A DNA stretch of 64,000 nucleotides, taken from assembly GCF_018977255.1 (NCBI RefSeq), contig NW_024704742.1:63366001-63430000 (forward strand). The letters are read 5' to 3'. The notes below the pieces were generated by a model. The model was not told where the DNA came from. It saw only the letters and a list, made by a program, of their open reading frames with translations, and searched no databases. The translations under genes were made by a program, and so were the position numbers. Below, one piece after another: positions 28,760 to 42,100 of the stretch (positions are counted from its first letter, which is position 1; every line of letters begins with the position of its first letter). Source of the DNA: Callorhinchus milii (taxonomy: Eukaryota).

Positions 28760-29540
28760 GTACAAAATTACATTTGTAAAGCACCTTTCACATCAGGAGG
28801 ACGTCCCAAAGCGCTGAACTGTCAGGGACTAGGACCCAAGCGGAGCGGGTGGGAAGGTTGGGATCAGGAGGGTGGAGGGCAGAGAAGGTAGAAGGGTGGC
28901 TGAAGACACGGTCGAAGAGGGTGGCCTTGAGGAATGGGTTGAAGGAGGCAAGGGAGGGACTAAGGCAAAGGCAATGTGGGATAGAGTTCCAGAGGATGGG
29001 AGCAGAGAGTCTAAAGGCCCAACCGCCGATGGTAGGGGAGCCCGGGTGAAGGAGAAGGAACAGGACGGAGCCTGCTGAGTGGAGAGAGAGGACTGGTTAA
29101 TAAGGTGTCAGCAGGTCTGAGAGGTAAAAAGGACAAGGCCATGGAGGGCCCTTTAAGGTAAGAATAAGAATTTGGAACTGGATCCTCTGAGGGGTGGGGA
29201 GTCAGTGGAGTCGGGCGAGGGTGGAGGTGCCAGGGTCACAGAGCCTCGTGCAGGAGGAGACATGAACTGCAGAGTTCTGGATGATCTGCAGCTTGTAAAG
29301 GGAAGAGTTGGGGAGGCCGATAAGCAGGGCATTGGCATAGTCAAGCCTGGTTGTAATGAAGGCATTTATAAGGGTTTCGGCGGCCTGAGGGTTGAGACAG
29401 TGTCGGAGTCAGGCAATGTTGTGGAGGTGGGGGAGGGCAGAGCAGGTTATGGCACGGATGTGGGGGAAGGACAGATGAGGGTTGAACAAGACCCTGAGGT
29501 TCCTGACGGCTTGGTGAGGTGGAGTGTGCATCCTTGGATA
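28760..29540 (-). mobile_element. L2 3' fragment
   Basis: Reverse complement of the L2 C-terminal region and tail. Confidence 0.85.
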
Positions 29541-32500
29541 TGTAAATTGTTGTAATTTTTTAGTAAGAAAGGGTGATACTTCTTAAGAACTAATAACAAT
29601 TTTGCAGGATTGGTTAAAGCATTCTTTGTCACAAATGGCCTCCTTCTGCGCTGTAAATTTCCATGATTCTTTGAGATCTTTACTGTAAATGCTTCTGTGA
29701 TGGAGCAAAATGTGTGCCTCACTGTCAAGAATTTTACAAGTTTAATTCATTGTTATCACCTTTGATCGTTGTGTAGTACGTTTTTCCTTTCTGCGTTTAT
29801 GAGTGCATGTGTGTGCTTGTGAGCTACAATGCGCATGTGTGTGTGTGTGCGCGTGCGTATATTTGTATGAATCAATGATATGCCATAGGAAACATGCTTA
29901 AATGTATGTGCTTAAAGTTACCATCTTTGGGTTACAAAGTGTGGGGTGGGCTGCAATAAAATAATAATTCTTACATTTGGACATGTCACGGTGGGAGGAT
30001 GTTCCAAGGTCCTTCACAGCATATACTGTAATGCAGTGCCTGTTTGTTTTGTGGGTGGAACATCCATAATAAAAAGTGTCTTTCCAGGCACCAGTTTATA
30101 TCACAGATTTCTAGTACAAATTTGATTTAACAGAGGCCATAATTTGCCTGAAAAGAACAAATGCTACAATAATAGCCGTTTATCCTACCTCTTCGTGCAC
30201 AATTCACAAAGTTGAAACCACGTGGGTTTTGAGCCTTAACAATAAAGTCAATTTCAGTTTGTGTTACCCAGAGGCACTGCCAAATCCAGCCGGGGGCAGG
30301 TTCTATTGGCAGCTAACATGCCTTGGGGCAACCATTTCCTCAGCAAGCAAGTTTAAGTCTTGATGTCTATTAAACCCTGCCTGACAATGATTTCTTCAAA
30401 TCTTCATTTGTAAGTCTCTACAGATATCGGCAAATATTTTCTCTTCAAATTGAACTGCTGCTATAACAACAATCTGCATTTATATATAGTAATCCTTGCA
30501 TTTCATGGAAAGTTGTCTCTCGGCGTTTCACAGGAATTACTGTGAAATGAAGTGATTGTGTAATTGTATTTGGATTGTGTAAACGCAGCAGCACAATTGG
30601 GCACATTTTGGGGAGATGGTTGGCCCGGACACTGCAAAAAACTGCCTCCCCTTCGAATATTGTCATGAGATCTTTAACATCCATGTGAATAGGCAGACGG
30701 GACCTTGGTTTAACATCTCATCTGAAGGACAGGACCTCCAGCAATGCAACATACCCCAGTGCTGCATTGGAGCATCAGCTCAGACTGTGAGTTCAAGTCC
30801 TGATGTGATCTGAACATAATAAAAGGGAGAAATTAGACTGGAAGAAGGACTGCTTGGGGAGTCTACTCTAGAAATTTCGAGTGACTCGAGACCTTTCAAA
30901 CTGCATTAGTGAACGAAGAGTCGAAGCAACATTTCCGCTTCTCTTTCTTAAGAGCACTTGTATCAGAGGAGCACTATAAAATCTATCATCTGGGGGATTA
31001 CCTGTGAATTTGGTTAAATAAAATTCAGTGAAAAACACTGATCAATGTAGTCTTCATAATGTCAATAGCTTCTGAATTAGATCGGAATTGTGATTTCTTT
31101 TTAAGAAGGTTCTCAATCCTGTAGTGTTAATATTGTCCACGCAGGTGCCCCAGCTGACTAAGCCAGACTGATAAAATTCGTCCACACTCGGGGGAACAGA
31201 ATTTGTGACAAGCACGTTAATTACTGCGTGCAAATTGTGCTGTTGACTATAAACTAGCACAGTCACTACATGTGCAGCATATCATGTGAAGCGCTTTGGG
31301 GCATTGTCCCCAATATGAAAGGTGTAGTAATAAATGAAAGGATAATTATTATTAATAAAAGAGGTGATTGTAAATCTTAGGTTTTCTGTTCAAGACATAA
31401 GTGACCTACAAATGTTAATCTCTTGTTCTGCTTTGAATACTCAAGTGATGTCAGACACCCAGTTAGCCAAAAACAATTCAGGAGATACAACTAGTATTGT
31501 AGATAGTTTATGTCTTTTACTTCCTACTCACCTGAAGTTTTCTGTAGTTCTTAAGAGTATTTCTGCCATTCTTAAAAGTATTTACAGAAAGCTGGCTTCA
31601 AAATTAAAGCTGCCCTGAAATTGCTATATTAATAAGAATAAATATGCATTCTGGCAGACAAACCCCTCCAAAAAATTAGGTCGTACACTTCATGGTTGTT
31701 TGTGGGACACTGCTGTGTGCGTTCACCTATAAAAATACACAGTCACTACACACCCTTATTCTGTGAAGCGATTTGAGGCATCTTGAAAACATGATGAGGA
31801 GTTACATCAAATGAAAGGATAATTATTAAATCTGGACCAGGGTGGAATTTCAACCTTTTAAAATACCTATCCTTTTCGATTAATGCAAATTTGCTAACAT
31901 AAGATAGTGTTACATAAATTAAATTTCAATGAATAAGGCAAGTTGTTAAATTTATTTGTGATGGGATGAGGAAACACAATAATGGGGATTGGACTTTCTA
32001 ATGGTGCACAGTGCAGCCACGAGAATAGCAGCAAACATTCCTCCAATAATATTGAGCTGATTTCCTCTGAAACCTTCTAGTGAAGTTACATAATGAGACA
32101 AATCATAAAGATTAAATTGTTTCCTTCCAGCTTCATTAGCACTAAAAGACCTTCTGATTGGAAAATGGTAACCAAACATTATTTATGTTTGGTCCGTAAT
32201 GCTCTCTGTCTTTACAAAGACTTGATAACCTATCCCTGGGAGCACTTTACATTTGTTTGCTGTGATAATTAATTTTTATATAATCTGCTATTTAATGAGC
32301 TCTGGCATAATTAGTGCACGATAGTTAATGTACAACGATATGGAGAAACGCTAAAGGTTTAAGTCCCCCAGTTAAGAGAATATATGGCCACTTCACCCTT
32401 TCACTGACCTTGTGAAGTCAATAAACGTTTTTCCTTACTCTGAATGATATTACTGCCACTGAACTACAACATAATTGAGTGGCAGATATTCAAATTAAGC

Positions 32501-33227
32501 CCCATCCTGGCAATCGTAATTGCAAGCAATTTGTAGCAGAGTGATTTGGACCAATCTACAGCAATTTCTTCAATTCAAAATGAGTTAATTTTGAAAGGTT
32601 TTATATTATAGTTTATAACCACACATAGCAGATGTTTTTAGTGCATACACAATTTACTAAAGCAAATCTTTCAGAATTTTACTATGCATTTGGTTCTGCA
32701 TCTTGGCCACAAGAATATGTCAGACATTACTCTCACTCGTTTGATTTGAATTTAAAATCAAATTCAAATCAAATTAAATTTCTATTCTTGGATCACTTTT
32801 TCCCCGATTGTAATAATCCCTTCAAAAAAAATAATAAAAAAATAATTTGGTCACTCAATCCACAACTGGTTGTGGGACAATGCTGTGCACATTTTGCCCA
32901 CAAAATATAGTCAAATCACTTCAGAGTGTACTCTATGAAACTCTTTGAGATGTCTCAAAGATGTGATAAGACACCATATCAGATGCAAGGAATGTTATTA
33001 TTATATGCAACTCATTTTTTTTAAATTCTCACCAATCTTTTTCTCACCTTCAACTTCTCTGCTGAAGCTTTTCGCCCACTTTTTCCTCCTCCTGCTCCAC
33101 ATCCGCCAGACACCAGCCAACACATCAAAATATTTTCTTTTTTAAACAAAAATCACTTTTGACCAAGAGCCTACATTACATTTGCTGTAATGTTTCCTTT
33201 TCCCCACCTTGTTGGTTTTGAGTCTAT

Positions 33228-34100
33228 CAGGACCACTGCTGTCCTGACAGAATGAGAGCTCACTTTCTTCAGTTGAACGTCAATAAGACCAAGACTCTCT
33301 GATTGGTTCCTGTCAGTGCCTCCTCACCTCAGGCGCTGACAGCATCACCATCCACGGTTGCACACTCCACCTCACTTAGCCAGTCCAGAACCTTGGTGTC
33401 TTGGTTGACCCTCAACTGTCCTTTCTATCCCACATCCGTGCCATGACTCGCTCTGCCTTCCTCCACCTCCGCAACAACGCCCGACTCCCTCACTGTCTCA
33501 TACCACAGGCCGCCGAAACCATCATACATGCCTTCATTACATCGAGGCTTGTCTCTGCAAACTCCTTGCTTGTTGGCCTCTCCAACTTCTCCCTCCATAC
33601 GCTACAGAACATCCAGAAATCTGCAGCTCGTGTCCTCTCGCGCACCAGGCTCCGTGACCCTATTACCTTATCCTTGCCCGACTCCACTGACATCCCATCA
33701 CACAGAGGATACAGTTCAAGTTAATTCAAAGCCCTCCATGGTCTTGCTCCCACCTACCTCAGCGACCTCCTAGCACACTACTATCCTGCCCACTCCCTCC
33801 TGCTTCACGTCCCCCGCCTCTCTCGCCCCACTATTGGCGAGCGGGCCTTCTGCCACTCTGCCCCTACCCTCTGGAACTCCATCCCACAGTCCCTCCACCT
33901 CGCCCCCTCCCTTGCTTCCTTCAAGACCCATCTCAAGACCCTCCTCTTTGACCGTGCTATCGATCACCCTCCTTCACCCCCTGCCCTCCACCCTCCCCAA
34001 TGCCAACCTCCAGCTCGGGTCCAAAACACTGGCTGTCCAGCGCCTTGGGACATCCTTCCAACACGAAAGGCGCTATACAAATGTAATTTTGTTGTTGTTG
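33228..34100 (+). mobile_element. L2 3' fragment
   Basis: DPQLSFLSHI and AFITSRL motifs, (TTG)n tail. Confidence 0.9.
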
Positions 34101-34481
34101 ATGTCCAATCATTCTTTAACTTTAATTTGTTCTTTGATATGGAGTGAAAAAAGATGTTTGTCCGTTTAATGGGTGAATTGGAATCCCCAATAATGTACAG
34201 GTGGAAAACTATCATACTCATCATTAAAATTGGCAAATCTTTATTAGAATTGGTCAATGAAAGAGTTTGCATTTGCCCTTGAAGAATCGATGTGAGCTGG
34301 TATATCCGGATGCCCCTTCCGGCCCAGTGCATGATCTGATCCAGCTCACAGACCATTTCCCACTTCATTGTCCGACAGGTACGTGCGGACGACGCGCAGA
34401 CTCCATGCAAATCAGGAGATGGTCACCGGGGACTCGGGCTTCGTCTGACAACGGGGCTGGCCAATCAGGATAAAATATAGC

Positions 34482-34626
34482 TAAAACAAAACACCAAAAT
34501 ACTGCAGATGCTGGAAATCCAAAGCAAAAACAGAGGTCACTGGGAACACTCAGCAGGTCAGGCAGCATCTGTGGAGAAAGGAAAGTGAGTCAACGTTTCG
34601 GGTCCACGACCCTTCGTCAGAACTGG
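34482..34626 (-). mobile_element. Penelope-like element terminal (pLTR) fragment
   Basis: ctgcagatgctggaaatc...cagcaggtcaggcagcatctgtggag...aacgtttcgggtccacgacccttcgtcag is typical of shark/ray Penelope ends (recalled). Degenerate relatives may lie at ~2260-2350 and ~15850-16100. Confidence 0.75.
34587..34625 (-). ncRNA. Minimal type I hammerhead ribozyme motif
   Basis: Minus strand reads agtt-CTGACGAA-gggtc-gtg-gaccc-GAAAC-GTT-gact: conserved core, 5-bp stem II, palindromic ACGT in place of stem III, short stem I. Confidence 0.65.
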
Positions 34627-34715
34627 GTGCCCCTAAAATATTGCTAATGTGGCCCTAGACTGTTCTCAAAACCGGCATCCAGCCCTCAGCAGCCAAAAGA
34701 TTGGACTACCCTGGT
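34627..34715. mobile_element. hAT/MITE-like terminus; second copy at ~35890-35965
   Basis: ggcatccagccctcagcagccaaaag(a/g)ttgg...accct occurs twice. Confidence 0.45.
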
Positions 34716-36269
34716 CTATATTATTTGTTCAACACTGTTGTTATAATCTCTTGGTAAACTAGCCAAGGGGTATTTATATTTTATTACTAAATAACAAGCA
34801 TTCTCTTTTCGACCTGTCTATTACAAAAGTCTGCATTGTAGTGGTTCCAAATATTATTGTTATATTTCCTTTGTAAGAGCAACAACAACAACAAGATTAC
34901 ATTTATATGACCCAAGGCGCTGGACAGTGTACAGCATTTCAGACCCGAGCTGGGGTCAAGGGGGAGAGGGGAGGGGAAGGGGGTGACCAATGGCATGGTC
35001 GAAGAGGAGGGTTTTGAGGCAGGACTTGAAAGAGGCTAAGGAGGGGACGAGGTGTTTTATTTTATTTTGCATTTTATTTGCTTTACCATTTATTTATAAA
35101 ATGGCTAGGAGCATGCACTGTCCTTGGTTACAAAATCCATAGACCTATTCTATTCTATTTTGTGAAATGTTTGGAGGATTTATTATTTGATTTCCTCAAT
35201 CTTTTCCCAGTTCATAATGTCACAAGGTATGAGCTCTCTACAAAAAGTGTTTGATGAGTTTGGGACAGAGAATAAAGTGATACACTAAATATAATCTAAA
35301 AGTTGATACTGAAAAATTGGTACCAAATGCATGGATCACTCGGCCTGATAGGCTAACTCCCCAGACAATCTGCTATTGGAAAGCTGAAGCCAGTACAAGT
35401 AACATGTTTTCAGAAATGAATTTGAAAAAAAGCGTTTGAGTGGACGTTAAAGATTCCGTGGCACTATTCAAAAAGAGAAGAGTTTCTTCTAGTGTCCTGG
35501 CCAGCATCCCCCAAATAAAATTGTTCACTCATATCGCAGCTGTTGGTGAGACGTTGTGTGCAGATTGGTTGCTGGGTTCACCCACAAATTTCACTGTGTC
35601 CTGTGAAGCTCTTTGAGTCATCCTCCTGTCATAAAACATGTTACACCAAATGTAAGGATTATTATTATCATAAGTTCAACTTCTAAGAGAGGCAGAGAAA
35701 GAGTGAGAGAGAGGAGATATTTGTGGGCAATCGACTTTCTAATTAAGAATTTTTAATTATTTTTAAAAATTCGGTCACTATCTTACATTTCATCCAACCC
35801 CTCCACCTCCCTCCATTTCATCTGGCCCACCCTCTCCCTCCATAAACCATAAATGTTATGTTATATTTCTGGAAAGGAAACACAAAAATATTAGTTTTCC
35901 GGCCCATAGATGTTTCTCAAATAGGGCATCCAGCCCTCAGCAGCCAAAAGGTTGGTCCACCCTATTAAAGCCAATGGCTAAGATTGTGTGGTATTTCAGG
36001 CCTCGCTTAGGTTAAAAGGGGGATATCATGAACAATAAAAGTTGAATCTGTACCTTTGAACAATTATGTTCATGAATTAATTGGCCCAGAGCATGCCACG
36101 GGCTGCTCGCTGAGAACAAGCGTGCTGAGACTAAGGGGATAAAGAGGCAAAATACTCCAGAAAGTGTCGTTACAGCAACCCTATAACCAGGTATTATTTA
36201 AAAATAATAATAATCCTTGCATTTGATGCAACCAAATGCATCAAATGCAAGGATTTGGTTGCATCAAAT

Positions 36270-36945
36270 GCCTTGCAAGCAAGACATCTGGGTTCAATTC
36301 CAGGCAGGGCGAAAACTTGCGCAAGTTTTCTTACTCCACACGCCTAATAATAATCCCTCCAAAACAAAACAATAATAAATTAGTCATTTTCATCCACGAC
36401 TGTTTGTGGGACACTGACTGTGCGCAATTGGCTGCCGCGTTTCGCCCACAAATATACGGTCAGTTCACTTTACAGTATATACTGTGAAGCGCTTTGAGAT
36501 TTCTGGAAGACGTGAAAAGTGCTATATCAAATGCAAGGATTATTATTGTTATAACCAGGTAATTATTTAAAATAATAATAATCCTTGCATTTGAAATAGC
36601 GCGCTAGCACATCTTCGAGACGTCTCAAAGCGCTTCACAGACTATACTGTACGGTGAATTGACTGTATATTTTGTGGGTGAAATGCGGCAGCCAATTGCA
36701 CACAGCAGTATCCCACACGCAGTCATGGATTCAGTGGCCAAATAATTATTTTTAAAACTATTTTTAAGGGATTATTACCTACCAGAATTGTGACCTACTA
36801 ATCAACTAACAACCGGATTACTGGGTTCCTACTTTCTGCCAGGTAAACAGAGGTGTATGGAGTAAGGAAACTTACCTAAAATTTCACCCTGCCAGAGAAT
36901 CGGACCCAGGTCCTCTTGTTTGCAAGGGCAGTGCTCTAACCAATA
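36270..36945. mobile_element. Two tail-to-tail SINEs (+ 36270-36550, - 36570-36945)
   Basis: Family sequence in both orientations. Confidence 0.88.
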
Positions 36946-38860
36946 TGCTGCCCTCCATAAGCTGCAGATCATCCAGAATTCTGCAGCTCGTGTCCTCTCC
37001 TGTATGAGGCTCCATGACCCTAGCGCCCCCACTCTCTCCCGGCTCCAGTGGCTCCTCATTCTTCAGAGGATTGAGTTCAAAATCCTTGTCCTTGCTTTCA
37101 ATGCCAATACTGCTGCCATCACTCCGCTTCTTAGAAAACCTACCCTCAATCCCTCCAATCTCAAAAACTTCAGACCCATCTCCAACCTACCCTTCTTGGC
37201 CAAGATTTTGGAGAACATTGTTGCAAATCAACTTTGCTCACACGTCTCCCTCTATTCCCTACTCAAACCCCTTCAGTCCGGTTTTTGCTCCGCCCACAGG
37301 ACAGAGACATCGCTCGTCAAAGTAACAAACTATGTCCTCTCACTCGCTGTGACCAGGGCTCCCTCTGCTTCCTCATTCTCCTGAACCTCTCCACCGTGTT
37401 CGACACAGATCATGCCATTGTCTTCCACCACCTCTCCCATCCACTTTAGTGGGACCGCACTAGCCTGGTTCGAGCCATACTTAACAAAACGCCAAAAATA
37501 CATCTGGGCAAGTGTTTTTTTCCTCCCGCCTGCGCCGGTCACCTTTGGGGCACCCCAAGGATCCATCCTTGGCCCCCTTCTTTTCCTTACCTACATACTC
37601 TCTCTCGGCAACGTCATACACAGACATGGGGTCAACTTTTACATGCATGCGGATAACACCCAAATCTACTCCTCTTCCAGCTGTGACTTCCAGTCCACTG
37701 AAGTCCTGACAACTTGTTTGATGGACATCAAGGCCTTGATGAGCACAAACTTCCTGCAGCTGAATGTCAGCAAGGTGGAAGCCATACACTTTGGCTCCTG
37801 TCAACGTTTTCTCTCCTGCAGGTCTGAACTCCTCAATCTCCCTGGACTCTGCCTCAGACTCACCAAACCTGTGCGCAACTTAAGCATCAGGTTCAATCAC
37901 CATCTTTACTTTCTATCAGATGTCCATTGCTTTTTTCACCTTCGTCACATTTCCCGCCTCCGTCTGTACATCAAAATTAACTCAGCAAAAATCCTCATCC
38001 ACACCTTCTGCACTCCCCAGGTGGACTATTCCAAAGCCCACCTCACTGGTTGCCCAGCTCCATCATACACAAAATTCAATTAATCCAAAAATCGCCGCCC
38101 AGATATTCACCCGCACAAAATTCCGTACCCCCATCACACCAGTCCTTGCCAGGCTCCGCTGGCTCCCAATTACCGAACAGTTCAGTTTCAAGATCCTCTC
38201 ACTCGTTTTCAAATATCTTCACGCCCTGGCACCTCCCTTCCTATCCAATCTGTTTAGCCCCCACCATTCCACCACCCACTGCCTCTGCTCGGCTGGCTCT
38301 AGCCTCCTATTTGTCCCTTGTCTCCTCTGCTCCACCGTGCCTCCATTCCCCAAAACCCTGAACTGTCTCCCTCAATCTCTCTGCCTTGCCCCTTACCTCG
38401 CCATCTTCAAATCCCACATAAAGACCTTCCTTTTTGATCATGCTTACGATCACCTCCTCCCTGCCTCTACCCCTGGCTCAGCGTTGGACTTCACCGCTGT
38501 CAAACACTCTGGGACTCTACCCCGCGTGAAGCCTGCTATATAACTGCAAGTTGTTGTATTTCATGGCCTTGTTCCTCCCTACCTCTGTCACCTGCTAACC
38601 CCAAACCAGCCTCTGCACTCTCCTTTGGAACTCCATCCCACAGTCACTTTGCCTTGCACCCTCCCTTGCCTCCTTCAAGGCCCATCTCAAGACCTTCCTC
38701 TTTGACTATACCTTCGGTCACTCTCCTACCTCTACCCTCCCTGCCCTCCACCTCCCCCTGTTCCCAACCCCGATCCCCGGTGCACATCCTTGACTGCCCA
38801 GCAGTATGGGACATCCTCCCAATGTGTAAGGCACTATACAATTGTAATTTGTTGTGTTTT
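36945..38860 (+). mobile_element. Nested L2 fragments
   Basis: FRPISNLPFLAKILE, QSGFCSAH, PQGSILGP and ITPVLARLRWLP motifs; two 3' tails. Confidence 0.9.
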
Positions 38861-39559
38861 CTTGGTTTATTAGGAGTCAATCCTTGCTGATATTGTACAA
38901 AGAGATATAAGGCAAGAGTGGGTAACTGGACTTGAGGTACAGAACAGCCATGATCTTATAAAATGGTGGAACAGGTTTGAGGGGCTGAAATAACCTACTC
39001 CAATGCATCTGAAGGAGAATTCTGAGAACAGACCTCGATGCAATAATCCTCCACAGGAGGAGCCATTGAGTAGAGTGACACATCCCCCTCAGTATGGCAC
39101 GCAGAGCTGTCTCAGAAATCGTGACAAGTTAACCTTCAGAGATCTGGCTGGCAGCATCCCCGAACAGTGTGAATTGCACTGACAGGTGGCAGACCAGAAT
39201 AGTCAGTAAACTGACAAGGGGGCTAAAACACTCTTAATATCTAGCCAGTGGGCTTGAGGTAATGTGAGAATGTAATGTAACCACATGGCTGATGTAACCC
39301 ATTCTGAACAGTATCAAATACATTTTCAACAGCACAAGCCTTTCAGGACATAAGCCATTTGCCGCCTCCGGGTGTAGGGTAGGGAGGTCAAAAAGGGTAA
39401 ACTATTAACTCCTGTAGCTTATATTTCCCTTCAAGCAAGCAACAAACAAACCACAAAGGTCTCTCTTCCTCTTAGAGAAACCTATGGGTCTAAAAAAAGA
39501 CCAATGAGTCATTTTAGCTAGTCCCAGTCGGTAAGATAAACTATCCTGTCCTTTATCTA

Positions 39560-40078
39560 CAACAACAACAACAACTTGGATTTATACAGCGCCCTCCACA
39601 CCGGGCGGCATCTCAGAGCACTTTACAGTAACGGATCCCGGAGCCGAGCCAAGGGGAGGGGAGTAAGGTGACCAAAGGCAAGGTCGAAAAGAAAGGTCTT
39701 CAGCAGAGACCTGAAAATAAGAAGAGAGGGAGCGAAGCAAGGGGAGTGAGGAAGGGAATTCCAGAGCCTCGGGGCATAGTGGCTGAAGGCACGGCCGCCG
39801 ATGGTGGAGCGTAGGATTTAGGGGACAAGGAGGAGGCCAGACCCGGAGGAACGAAGGCAACGGGTACTGTTTTGAGGAGAGAGGAGGTCAGAGAGGTAAG
39901 GGGGTGCAGAGGAGTGCAGGGACTTGAATACGAGGGTGAGGATCTTGAAGTCGATCCTCTCTGGGATAGGCAGCCAGTGCAGTCTGGCAAGGACTGGAGT
40001 GATCGGGGAGCGGAGTTTGGTGCGGGTGAGAATGCGGGCAGCAGAGTTTTGAATGATCTGGATTTTATGGATGGTAGT
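39560..40078 (-). mobile_element. Young L2 3' fragment, same subfamily as 56763-58612
   Basis: Nearly identical to ~56763-57300. Confidence 0.9.
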
Positions 40079-41689
40079 GATTTCCCTGCATCCCACCTAC
40101 ATGTGGAAATGCCAGTGATAGATTGTCGGAATGGAATGTGCACTCTCCCTGGAGGGACACATCCTGCTTACATAATTCCGGAAAGTATTAGGCACAGGTT
40201 GGCAAGGCCCAAGGCTTGGGGACCCGAGGATTGGGGTACTGAGGAGTCTAACCAGCTAAAACCATATAGCTTGCCTCCATGGATAAAAATATATAACTAC
40301 TCACATTGATCATTTACTACTTGATTGACTGTGAGACATATGCACTATATGAAAAGCGAGGACATTCATATATCTATGGTTCATCTTGCTCACTCGCAAG
40401 GCTCTAGAAACTAACGGGTTGATAAACTGCTGCAAAATGCATTTCCCTCTTAAGCTGTCATCTTTGGCTTTGCCTGCAGCTTTGTACAGCCCTTCGGAAG
40501 CAATGTATTTGCTCAAAGCTTATCATTTCTCTGCTTTAAATCACATTTGCAGTTTGCATCTCAATAAGCAGACCTCAATGACTACAGTAATTTGAGTTGT
40601 AAAAGTTGATGGGTAAACCCTAAAATGAATACTAATGCAAGGTCCTGATTAATGTACTCATTTGGGATAAAATGTTCCAACAGCATTGCTGTAACAAGAA
40701 CGCAAAGGTCAGAAGCAAACATTTGGCACGGAATGGTGGCAAGGTGGCTGTAATTGATATTTATAGCCAAAACTGAAAGCAAAATAGCTACTGTAGCGGA
40801 TAAACGGTGTTTGAATCTTTGCACTTCAGAATAATTCAAGTTTGATGTTTGCAACAATGTTGACTCCATATAACAAACTGGGGAGGAAGGGATTTGATAT
40901 ATCAATATTAATGCAGCAATACTGCCATCTAATGAAACCAGCTTTCACACGTGCTCTGTAAAACGTTTTGTCTATTTCAGCAATTCCCACATTCTAAATA
41001 GTATGAGATGGTGACCAGGGAATATAAAAGAGAATATAGGAAGAACTTCTTCACGTTAGTGAGATTGTGGAACTCACTGCCTGAAGCGGTGGTTGAATCA
41101 GGTAATATAGATGTAGTAGAAACACCAGTATGGACTGATTAGGCCTACTTCTCTGCTGTACCTTGTTTGTAAATCTTTGTAAATATTCTTGAGTCGAACA
41201 ATAATTAAGATGTAAACTTTCTTTAAATCAAGACTGTTTCAAGTCGTTGAGCTTTTAGTGCATTTCTCCTGAGCCATAACCATTTTTAAGCTTTTGACTT
41301 CTCAGTCATAAGCACATTGTCTAACTTTTATCACTGCAATGTTATTTCAAGAACTCACAATTTGGCTGAGGGACACATGGTCCCTGACTTTAGGCAATGA
41401 GGAAGTCAGGCAGAGCTTTTCTGCACAAATGATAAATACCTGTTGAATAATCTGCCAAAAATTCCATTGAAGCAGATAGTCTAAATGAAATAAAGTATCA
41501 AATAGGTGAGTTTCTACAGCAGGAACAGCTCCTGGCTTGAATAAGGGAAGAGGCTAAAAACAATTCTGTTTCATGCTCTGAGGCTGGTCTCTACTGTTGT
41601 ATTCCTCTCTGTCTCTCTCCGTCTCGGAGTCTCTCTACAAACTCTTTTTCTCTAAGATTTTTTCTCTCTCCATCCATTCAATCTCTTTC

Positions 41690-42100
41690 TTTGATTAACC
41701 TAGCTCCTGTTAACCCTGCAAGTCAAAGCCCTAATGGGTAGGTTGGTCCTGGTTGGATAAGCAGCGGGAAAGCTTACCGGACAGCAATATCAATGGTAAG
41801 CTATGCAGTTTAGCTGGTTAGACTCTAGCAGCATCGCACACTCTGAGGTCCCCAAGCCTTCGCTCTTGCCAATCTGCACCTAATACTTTCCAGAATTAAG
41901 TAATTAGGATGCATCCCTCCAGGGAGAGAGTGTGCATTCCATTCCACAATCTGTCTCTGAGATTTCCATGACTAGGTGGGAGGGATGGAACTCTCATCTT
42001 GGTTTGCATATTCTTAAGCATCATGATGGGTTTCTGCATGTGTCAGACACCCGGCTGACCAAAAAACAATGCAATAGTAATATTGTTGGCCCGGTGCCTG
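41690..42100 (+). repeat. Unclassified interspersed repeat; copies at ~6155-6330, 40080-40280(-), 43090-43420(-), 58670-60640 (interrupted)
   Basis: Shared motifs ctcctgttaaccctg, aaagccctaa, ccccaagcc and ccctccagggag. Confidence 0.7.

Larger units (their letters stand above)
1965..30409 (+). pseudogene. Candidate decayed multi-exon protein-coding gene of unknown identity, fragmented by TE insertions
   Basis: Unique segments with AG and/or GT boundaries: 1965-~2196, 5502-5759, 6650-7022, 8798-9512, 10721-~14100 (TE-interrupted), ~22924-23345 and ~26640-27233, 28315-28391, 29608-~29740, 30258-30409. Frame continues across 9512/10721 and 27233/28315/29608. In-frame stops and frameshifts occur throughout. 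Confidence 0.4.
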
